Below, piece by piece: positions 56,810 through 64,000 of a stretch of 64,000 nucleotides of DNA. The notes under the pieces were generated by a model. It saw only the letters and a program-made list of their open reading frames with translations. It made no database searches and was not told the DNA's origin. The position numbers and the translations under genes are program-made. The DNA lies in sequence record MZ956761.1. The stretch is one strand, 5' to 3'. Source of the stretch: a phage. Each line of letters opens with the position of its first letter. Position 1 is the stretch's first letter.

Positions 56810-59800
56810 TTATTCAACCCATTCAAATTTAACCGTTTTATTCACTGGGTCAGGAACAATGCGAACATTACCAATTCGCAAGAAATCACGAATAGTAAGA
56901 TTCCCCATTGTAGCATTATCAGATGGTAAAGCACCGATATCAGATGGTTGAGGAGGGTTACCTCCGTCAAATACCTGAACAAAACTTGACCAAGAGTTTT
57001 TGGTTTTCTGCCATGTACGTGTCCAGCGAGTGGTACGCGCTTCTGGCGTCGTTGGATAAGTAATCCAATCTTGGTAAAGCGAATCAAGTGTGTTACCAAA
57101 CTGAGTCAGTGTACCAGGAGATTTAACTTCTTCACCACGCTCTAAGTATGGAAGTCCAGTCACTTCATTAGTTTTTTCAACCATTTTAAAATAACCCGGG
57201 AACTGGTTATAAGTGGCTGAATCGTTAATATCGATTGACCAGAATCCTACTGTATCAGATGTTGGCGCACGGGTATATAAGTCAGATGTTTTAGTGCCCT
57301 GAGAACGAATTCTCGAGTTAACAGTCAAACCACCTGAATTTATAGTAGCACCTTTGGCAATTATTAAGCTTTCACCAATCGTTACTTGGCCAGATGCATT
57401 ATTAATAGCCAAAGGACGTAATCCATTAAATCCGCCAGTCTGATCACCGGATGCAGTGAGCATAAAATAGGTATTAGCAGCATCATTGCGAATAAAGAAT
57501 CCATAATCACCACTAATTGCTCTAAATGCATTTGCAGACTTACTAATGAATTCACCATTGGCTGTAACTGAACGACCGAATGTTGCAACGCCATTCACAT
57601 TCATCAAACCGGAAGCATTAATGTTTATTGGCATTACAGTACCATTAATGCTAAACGCTATATTCCCATCTTTATTACGTTGAGAATAAAAATGATTAGA
57701 CGTTTCATCACCAACTTCAAATACAGTAGAACGTGTTGTATCTGAACCGCCACCAAACTGATTTCCCCAAACTCTGATAGTCATCGTCTGTACTGGGTTA
57801 GTTCCAGTTTGAGGTCCTTTCTCAAAAATCAGACGAGTTGCCGTTCCAGTATTAGAAATAGTTAATGTGCTGTTTGCCGAAACTGAACCACCAAACGTAG
57901 CAGTACTAGATGATACAAGAGGGGCACTCAGATTCGTTTGCTGGGTTAAGGTTAGTGAACCATTAACCGTCTGTGCAATATCCCTACGAATGAACTGAGA
58001 TGAATCTAGACCATCAAATAAATTTGTATCAGCAGCTTTTGCTTTTAACGGCAAATAATTTGCTAATACACGGTTTAATTCATATGGTGATACTGCATAG
58101 CTATTTTTCTCGTATAGCTCTAAGTCCTGCGTAGAACCAGCTGTATCATTACCAACGAATGTAATTGAACCAGATGAAGTTTTAACAAAACCTCTTATCG
58201 CAGTAGTAGCTGCCCAAGTAGGTTCACTCTGCACAATCCATTTTAAATTTTTTGGAGATACAGCAGTATTTGCCGACATTCCAGCCACAGTTTCAGACTG
58301 AGTTGCAACTTTAATAACACCTTCTTGCGATTCGGTAGATTTAGTACCTAAAAGCTTTTTAGGAGTTATTAAAACATTATCTAATGTTCCTGCAGCAGCT
58401 TCAACTTGTGTAGCTACACGAAGTGTACCACGCTGTGTCTCATTTGCTTCAAGAATATTAAGGGTATAATGGTCCCAGAGAGTTCCTGATTCAACTAATC
58501 CAGATAGAGCAACAACAGAAGTACGATCAGTACTATTAAATCTAGTTTTAATTTTTAATGGTGTAGAAATACGAGTATCGTCGACGCCTGCGTCGAATTC
58601 AACTTGTGTAGCAATTTCAGCTATACCACTTAAACTTTCAGTTGCTCTACGGTCATTTAAAGTTTTAGGAGTGACTGCACGAGTATAATCAGTTCCTGTA
58701 TTAACTTCACTTTGCGTAGCAATTTCAATTAAACCAATTCTTCCATCAGTTGATGTCTTTTTATGCAACGTTTCTGGAGTTACAACCGCATTTGCCCATC
58801 CTTCTTGACTCTGTCCAGCAATTACTTCACTTTCAACTGCTAAAATTACTGCACCTTGCTGCGTTGGAGTAGCTTTATACTGATCCAAAGCTTTAGGTGA
58901 AACAACTAAATTATTAGTGTTTTTATTATAAACATTCGTACCATTTAATTCACGGCTAGAAGCTGGAGTAGCACCTGCAGTAGATACAAAAGTTACAATA
59001 CCAGATAATGATTCAGAACCTTGACGAGCTTGAAGCTTTTTAGGAGTGATGATTGTAGTGTCATCGGTTCCTGCATTAGTTTCTTGCTGCGTAGCAATTT
59101 CAGCAACACCTCTACGAGTTTCAGTAGCCGTTCTTTCATTCAGCTTTTTAGGAGTGATGATAATATCATCAGCAAAAGAGAATGTGGTGTTCTGATTCAC
59201 TTGAGCAGTAGTTGCTATTCTTGCGATACCTCTACGAGTTTCTGTAGCAGTACGGTTAGCTAATGTTTCTGGAGTAATTGCTAATTCTTTTTGCGGAGAA
59301 TTTTCTAAATCGACATTAGCTTGCGCTTGTGTAGCTAAAGCAATTACGCCTAATCTTGCTCTAGTAGAATCATTTAAAGAATCTACTCTTTCTACAGTTG
59401 GAACATTTTGTTGCACAACCCAGTATTTTCCATCAGAATCTTCTATATAAGCAAGCTCTAAAACTGGAACATAGTTAGTTTCACCGTTAAAAACTAATTC
59501 TTGGACTGTAACCCACTCAGCTTCAGGCGGATATTCTGAGCGTTTTGGGAATTGCAGCAATTGAACTGAAGAAGCAATTTTATCTTCACCGGCAGCTTTG
59601 ATTTTAACCGTTTGTCCTTTTCTCATGTAATTCATGGAAATTTTAACAGTATCACCAACAGAAATATCAGTCGGAAGCTGAAGCTCAATTGTCTGAGTTG
59701 TTCCGTTATTCGCACCAAATACCATAACTTCTTCATTTGGACGAATGTTTGAATTAGTCGTTATGATACGTAAACGCGCTTTACTATCCCCGTCAAACAA

Positions 59801-60679
59801 TCTCCACAATTTCTCATTATCATCAAACATCAAGAAACCGTCAATCGATGTACGGCCTTCAATGGAATGAGTTCCAACTTCTTGTACTGAAGTCGTTTCA
59901 TCGTATGTAGTAACAATTGTATGATAAAGTGGATTTAGTTTATCTAAATCGACGAAATTAATAATATCGCCATGATTAGCAAATCTTGGAAGTTTGACAT
60001 TAATTGGTGCAGCAGAAGTAAATCTACGCACGATAAAATCATTAGATTGCGCTTGATAAGTATTCGCTGGTGTTACAACTACAGCTTCTCTACTATAATC
60101 AGCAACATACATTTGCCACAGACGATTACTAAAAATTAAAACTAGCTGTGACTTTGGATGAGTCATTAGTACTGAACGTACTTGTTCACCTCTAAAGTTT
60201 ACAATACTTTGCACTGGAGCTACAATTAAAACTTGGTTAACTCCAGGTTTTCCTCCAATATCTTGGAGAACGATAGTATCACCGTCAATTGGGGTAGATG
60301 GTAAAGTAAATGTAATATCATTACCAGCTGCGGTGTTAACCGAAATAGCTTCACCAGATTTTAATTGATATGAACCAGATGAGACTGTAATCCAGTTAGC
60401 ATCGGTACGTAATGCTCTCCAGCGTCCGCTATTAAAAGCTCCTGCCGGTTTTGGAATATCATTTATAGCAGCCCAAAAGCGGTTATCATAAATGATTACA
60501 AAATCTTTTAAATATCCACGAGTTGGATCGTATTGTTGAACTGTGTTTTCTTGAATTAGGTAATCAACGTTAACACCGTCAGTTCCTACGGCACGATCAG
60601 CTAAAGCTACGTTGATTATTTTATCGCCACCTGCGTCCAGACCATCTTCTGCTCTGAACTTTCTTTTAATCTCGGCCAT
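56810..60679 (-). CDS. 34: long tail fibre proximal subunit gp34
   Basis: 1289 aa, same length as T4 gp34; internal repeated motifs; SD AGGAG. Confidence 0.93.
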   Translation of the reverse strand: MAEIKRKFRAEDGLDAGGDKIINVALADRAVGTDGVNVDYLIQENTVQQYDPTRGYLKDFVIIYDNRFWAAINDIPKPAGAFNSGRWRALRTDANWITVSSGSYQLKSGEAISVNTAAGNDITFTLPSTPIDGDTIVLQDIGGKPGVNQVLIVAPVQSIVNFRGEQVRSVLMTHPKSQLVLIFSNRLWQMYVADYSREAVVVTPANTYQAQSNDFIVRRFTSAAPINVKLPRFANHGDIINFVDLDKLNPLYHTIVTTYDETTSVQEVGTHSIEGRTSIDGFLMFDDNEKLWRLFDGDSKARLRIITTNSNIRPNEEVMVFGANNGTTQTIELQLPTDISVGDTVKISMNYMRKGQTVKIKAAGEDKIASSVQLLQFPKRSEYPPEAEWVTVQELVFNGETNYVPVLELAYIEDSDGKYWVVQQNVPTVERVDSLNDSTRARLGVIALATQAQANVDLENSPQKELAITPETLANRTATETRRGIARIATTAQVNQNTTFSFADDIIITPKKLNERTATETRRGVAEIATQQETNAGTDDTTIITPKKLQARQGSESLSGIVTFVSTAGATPASSRELNGTNVYNKNTNNLVVSPKALDQYKATPTQQGAVILAVESEVIAGQSQEGWANAVVTPETLHKKTSTDGRIGLIEIATQSEVNTGTDYTRAVTPKTLNDRRATESLSGIAEIATQVEFDAGVDDTRISTPLKIKTRFNSTDRTSVVALSGLVESGTLWDHYTLNILEANETQRGTLRVATQVEAAAGTLDNVLITPKKLLGTKSTESQEGVIKVATQSETVAGMSANTAVSPKNLKWIVQSEPTWAATTAIRGFVKTSSGSITFVGNDTAGSTQDLELYEKNSYAVSPYELNRVLANYLPLKAKAADTNLFDGLDSSQFIRRDIAQTVNGSLTLTQQTNLSAPLVSSSTATFGGSVSANSTLTISNTGTATRLIFEKGPQTGTNPVQTMTIRVWGNQFGGGSDTTRSTVFEVGDETSNHFYSQRNKDGNIAFSINGTVMPININASGLMNVNGVATFGRSVTANGEFISKSANAFRAISGDYGFFIRNDAANTYFMLTASGDQTGGFNGLRPLAINNASGQVTIGESLIIAKGATINSGGLTVNSRIRSQGTKTSDLYTRAPTSDTVGFWSIDINDSATYNQFPGYFKMVEKTNEVTGLPYLERGEEVKSPGTLTQFGNTLDSLYQDWITYPTTPEARTTRWTRTWQKTKNSWSSFVQVFDGGNPPQPSDIGALPSDNATMGNLTIRDFLRIGNVRIVPDPVNKTVKFEWVE

Positions 60680-60713
60680 TCTCCCGGGCTCCTATTGTGT
60701 TTTCAATAATAAG

Positions 60714-60721
60714 TATTTATA
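60714..60721 (-). promoter_or_regulatory. late promoter (TATAAATA) for gene 34
   Basis: exact TATAAATACTTATT on minus strand about 35 nt upstream of gene 34 ATG. Confidence 0.75.
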
Positions 60722-60755
60722 CTTGTTTACTTTAAGATTCGGATGGTATATAATA
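60722..60755 (+). promoter_or_regulatory. T4 early promoter for rnh, back to back with the gene 34 late promoter
   Basis: GTTTACT -35, 17-nt spacer, TATAAT at 60749-60754. Confidence 0.65.
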
Positions 60756-60783
60756 GAAATCTCACTAATTGAACGAGGTTCAT

Positions 60784-61701
60784 ATGGATTTAGAAATGAT
60801 GCTGGATGAAGATTACAAAGAAGGAATCTGCTTAATTGACTTTAGTCAAATTGCGCTTTCAACTGCTTTAGTAAACTTCCCAGATAAAGAAAAAATTAAT
60901 TTATCAATGGTTCGTCATTTGATATTGAACTCAATTAAGTTTAATGTCAAAAAAGCAAAAGCTCTTGGATACACTAAAATTGTATTGTGTATTGATAACG
61001 CGAAATCTGGATACTGGCGCCGTGATTTTGCTTATTATTATAAGAAAAACCGTGGAAAAGCACGAGAAGAATCTACTTGGGACTGGGAAGGTTATTTTGA
61101 ATCCAGTCATAAAGTTATAGATGAATTGAAAGCTTATATGCCATACATTGTTATGGATATTGATAAGTATGAAGCAGATGACCACATTGCTGTTCTTGTT
61201 AAAAAGTTCTCTTTAGAAGGACATAAGATTTTAATCATTTCGTCGGATGGTGACTTTACTCAACTTCACAAATACCCAAATGTTAAGCAATGGTCACCGA
61301 TGCATAAGAAATGGGTTAAAATTAAAAGCGGTTCTGCTGAAATTGACTGTATGACTAAAATCCTTAAAGGCGACAAAAAGGATAACGTTGCTTCAGTTAA
61401 AGTACGATCTGACTTTTGGTTTACCAGAGTTGAAGGTGAACGAACTCCTTCAATGAAAACATCTATTGTTGAAGCTATTGCTAATGACCGCGAGCAAGCT
61501 AAGGTGCTTCTCACTGAGTCTGAATATAATCGATATAAAGAAAATTTAGTTCTAATTGATTTTGATTATATTCCTGCTAATATTGCTTCAAACATTGTGA
61601 ATTACTATAATTCATATAAATTACCACCGCGTGGCAAAATTTATTCATATTTTGTAAAAGCGGGTCTTTCTAAATTAACTAATAGCATTAATGAATTTTG
61701 A
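60784..61701 (+). CDS. rnh: RNase H (5'-3' exonuclease, FEN-like)
   Basis: 305 aa from ATG 60784; matches recalled T4 RNase H (MDLEMMLDEDYKEGICLIDF...). Confidence 0.93.
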   Translation: MDLEMMLDEDYKEGICLIDFSQIALSTALVNFPDKEKINLSMVRHLILNSIKFNVKKAKALGYTKIVLCIDNAKSGYWRRDFAYYYKKNRGKAREESTWDWEGYFESSHKVIDELKAYMPYIVMDIDKYEADDHIAVLVKKFSLEGHKILIISSDGDFTQLHKYPNVKQWSPMHKKWVKIKSGSAEIDCMTKILKGDKKDNVASVKVRSDFWFTRVEGERTPSMKTSIVEAIANDREQAKVLLTESEYNRYKENLVLIDFDYIPANIASNIVNYYNSYKLPPRGKIYSYFVKAGLSKLTNSINEF

Positions 61702-61709
61702 GGTGAATA

Positions 61710-61979
61710 ATGGCTAAAAAAGAAATGGTTGAATTTGATGAAGCTATCCATGGCGAAGACTTGGCTAAATTTATTAAAGAAGCATCTGATCATAAACTGA
61801 AAATTTCCGGTTATAATGAACTGATTAAAGATATTCGAATTCGTGCTAAAGATGAACTTGGCGTTGATGGTAAGATGTTTAATCGTCTATTAGCTTTGTA
61901 TCATAAAGATAACCGTGATGTGTTTGAAGCTGAAACTGAAGAGGTAGTTGAACTTTATGACACAGTTTTCTCTAAATGA
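61710..61979 (+). CDS. dsbA: dsDNA-binding protein DsbA
   Basis: 89 aa; size and position between rnh and 33. Confidence 0.75.
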   Translation: MAKKEMVEFDEAIHGEDLAKFIKEASDHKLKISGYNELIKDIRIRAKDELGVDGKMFNRLLALYHKDNRDVFEAETEEVVELYDTVFSK

Positions 61980-62295
61980 TATTCGTCCGGTCGATGAGAC
62001 CGGTCTTTCAGAAAAAGAACTTTCAATTAAGAAAGAAAAGGATGAAATAGCAAAGCTTCTTGACCGTCAAGAAAATGGATTTATTATTGAAAAAATGGTA
62101 GAAGAGTTTGGAATGAGTTATCTTGAAGCTACAACAGCATTCTTAGAAGAAAATTCTATTCCTGAAACTCAATTTGCTAAATTTATTCCTTCGGGTATAA
62201 TTGAAAAAATTCAGTCAGAAGCTATCGACGAAAATCTTTTACGTCCTTCTGTTGTTCGTTGTGAAAAAACTAATACATTAGATTTTCTACTATGA
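61957..62295 (+). CDS. 33: late transcription co-activator gp33
   Basis: 112 aa from ATG 61957; matches recalled T4 gp33 (MTQFSLNDIRPVDETGLSEKE...). Confidence 0.9.
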   Translation: MTQFSLNDIRPVDETGLSEKELSIKKEKDEIAKLLDRQENGFIIEKMVEEFGMSYLEATTAFLEENSIPETQFAKFIPSGIIEKIQSEAIDENLLRPSVVRCEKTNTLDFLL

Positions 62296-62945
62296 TTAAA
62301 CTCCGCATGCCTGCTGGTGGTGAAAGATATATTGATGGTAAATCAGTTTATAAATTATACTTAATGATAAAACAACATATGAATGGAAAGTATGATGTAA
62401 TTAAGTATAATTGGTGCATGCGGGTGTCTGATGCCGCTTATCAAAAGCGAAGGGATAAGTATTTTTTCCAGAAGTTATCAGAAAAATATAAATTAAAGGA
62501 ACTTGCTTTAATCTTTATAAGCAATCTGGTTGCTAACCAAGATGCTTGGATTGGTGACATCTCTGACGCTGATGCACTTGTGTTTTATCGTGAATATATC
62601 GGACGCTTAAAGCAAATTAAATTTAAGTTTGAAGAAGATATTCGCAACATTTATTATTTTAGTAAAAAAGTTGAAGTTTCTGCTTTTAAAGAAATCTTTG
62701 AGTATAATCCAAAAGTTCAATCAAGTTATATTTTTAAACTACTTCAATCGAATATAATTTCGTTTGAGACGTTTATCTTGCTTGATTCGTTTTTAAATAT
62801 AATCGATAAACATGATGAACAGACTGATAATTTAGTCTGGAATAATTATTCTATAAAGTTAAAGGCTTATAGAAAAATTTTAAATATTGATTCACAGAAA
62901 GCTAAAAGTGTTTTCATTGAAACTGTGAAATCTTGCAAGTATTAA
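62292..62945 (+). CDS. 59: helicase loader gp59
   Basis: 217 aa; T4 size and synteny. Confidence 0.9.
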   Translation: MIKLRMPAGGERYIDGKSVYKLYLMIKQHMNGKYDVIKYNWCMRVSDAAYQKRRDKYFFQKLSEKYKLKELALIFISNLVANQDAWIGDISDADALVFYREYIGRLKQIKFKFEEDIRNIYYFSKKVEVSAFKEIFEYNPKVQSSYIFKLLQSNIISFETFILLDSFLNIIDKHDEQTDNLVWNNYSIKLKAYRKILNIDSQKAKSVFIETVKSCKY

Positions 62946-62953
62946 TTGCTTAT

Positions 62954-62961
62954 TATAAATA
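62954..62961 (+). promoter_or_regulatory. late promoter (TATAAATA) for gene 32
   Basis: exact TATAAATAGATT upstream of the gene 32 leader. Confidence 0.7.
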
Positions 62962-62974
62962 GATTATAATTATC

Positions 62975-63044
62975 TCACTGACCAGCTATGAGGTCATACA
63001 TCGTCATAGCACCAACTGTTAATTAAATTAAAAAGGAAATAAAA
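62975..63044 (+). promoter_or_regulatory. gene 32 translational operator (pseudoknot + A/U-rich unstructured site)
   Basis: CUGACCAGCUAUGAGGUCAUACAUCGUCAUAGC element followed by UUAAAUUAAAAAGGAAAUAAAA before the ATG; matches recalled T4 gene 32 autoregulatory leader. Confidence 0.6.
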
Positions 63045-63953
63045 ATGTTTAAACGTAAATCTACTGCTGAACTCGCTGCACAAATGGCTAAACTGGCTGG
63101 AAATAAAGGTGGTTTTTCTTCTGAAGATAAAGGCGAGTGGAAACTGAAACTCGATAATGCGGGTAACGGTCAAGCAGTAATTCGTTTTCTTCCGTCTAAA
63201 AATGATGAACAAGCACCATTCGCAATTCTTGTAAATCACGGTTTCAAGAAAAATGGTAAATGGTATATTGAAAACTGTTCATCTACCCACGGTGATTACG
63301 ATTCTTGTCCAGTATGTCAGTACATCAGTAAAAATGATTTGTATAACACTGACAATAAAGAGTACGGTCTTGTTAAACGTAAAACTTCTTACTGGGCTAA
63401 CATTCTTGTAGTAAAAGACCCAGCTGCTCCAGAAAATGAAGGTAAAGTATTTAAATACCGCTTCGGTAAGAAAATCTGGGATAAAATCAATGCAATGATT
63501 GCAGTTGATGTTGAAATGGGTGAAACTCCGGTTGATGTAACTTGTCCGTGGGAAGGTGCTAACTTTGTACTGAAAGTTAAACAAGTTTCTGGTTTTAGTA
63601 ACTACGACGAATCTAAATTCCTGAATCAATCTGCGATTCCAAACATTGATGATGAATCTTTCCAGAAAGAACTGTTCGAACAAATGGTTGACCTTTCTGA
63701 AATGACTTCTAAAGATAAATTCAAATCGTTTGAAGAACTGAGCACTAAGTTCAGTCAAGTTATGGGAACTGCTGCTATGGGTGGTGCAGCAGCGACTGCC
63801 GCTAAGAAAGCTGATAAAGTTGCTGATGATTTGGATGCATTCAATGTTGATGACTTCAATACAAAAACTGAAGATGATTTTATGAGCTCAAGCTCTGGCA
63901 GTTCATCTAGTGCTGATGACACGGACCTGGATGACCTTTTGAATGACCTTTAA
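63045..63953 (+). CDS. 32: ssDNA-binding protein gp32
   Basis: 302 aa; matches recalled T4 gp32; acidic Ser/Asp-rich C-terminus. Confidence 0.96.
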   Translation: MFKRKSTAELAAQMAKLAGNKGGFSSEDKGEWKLKLDNAGNGQAVIRFLPSKNDEQAPFAILVNHGFKKNGKWYIENCSSTHGDYDSCPVCQYISKNDLYNTDNKEYGLVKRKTSYWANILVVKDPAAPENEGKVFKYRFGKKIWDKINAMIAVDVEMGETPVDVTCPWEGANFVLKVKQVSGFSNYDESKFLNQSAIPNIDDESFQKELFEQMVDLSEMTSKDKFKSFEELSTKFSQVMGTAAMGGAAATAAKKADKVADDLDAFNVDDFNTKTEDDFMSSSSGSSSSADDTDLDDLLNDL

Positions 63954-63975
63954 TAGATTATATTACTAATTAATT

Positions 63976-64000
63976 GGGGACCTCTAGGGTCCCCTTTTTT
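63976..64000 (+). terminator. rho-independent terminator
   Basis: GGGGACC-TCTAG-GGTCCCC hairpin + TTTTTT. Confidence 0.85.

Noticed and set aside
1-64000. tRNA genes, group I introns, homing endonuclease (seg/mob) genes, integrase or prophage boundaries
   Set aside because: None recognised by eye: there are no long intergenic structured regions, no GIY-YIG or HNH ORFs, and gene order is continuous lytic T-even synteny; tRNAs cannot be fully excluded without a covariance-model scan.

Overview
This window is a contiguous segment of a T-even (T4-like, Tequatrovirus-type) myovirus genome. Gene order and many protein sequences match my memory of phage T4, running from nrdG/nrdH through the replication and recombination genes (55, alpha-gt, 47, 46, 45, 44, 62, regA, 43, 42, uvsX, 40, 41, 61, 56, dda, dexA, 39, rIIA, rIIB, denB, ndd, 52, motA, asiA), then a minus-strand late block (holin t, tail-fibre genes 38, 37, 36, 35, 34), and ending with rnh, dsbA, 33, 59 and 32. 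No database search was possible, so all calls rest on recalled T4 sequences, protein lengths and synteny. No rRNA, tRNA, CRISPR array, intron or homing-endonuclease gene was recognised. Differences from T4 that I can see: an uninterrupted gene 39 (no gene 60 split), a long gp37 with a glycine-rich gp38 adhesin (T2/T6-like), a GT-A-like glycosyltransferase where T4 has beta-gt, and no dam gene between 61 and 56. Regulatory structure is rich: about 15 T4 early promoters, four exact TATAAATA late promoters, many GC-hairpin terminators, and the gene 43 and gene 32 translational operators. The most interesting signals are a family of repeated promoter-plus-leader cassettes at the edges of small-ORF clusters, the non-T4 glycosyltransferase, the replaced dam locus, and several unassigned small ORFs next to known counter-defence genes (dmd, tifA, arn, stp). 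I could not identify a clearly novel system with confidence; candidates are flagged for homology and structure searches. Two tracts of ambiguous bases (about 8255-8540 and 44938-45087) are sequencing artefacts.
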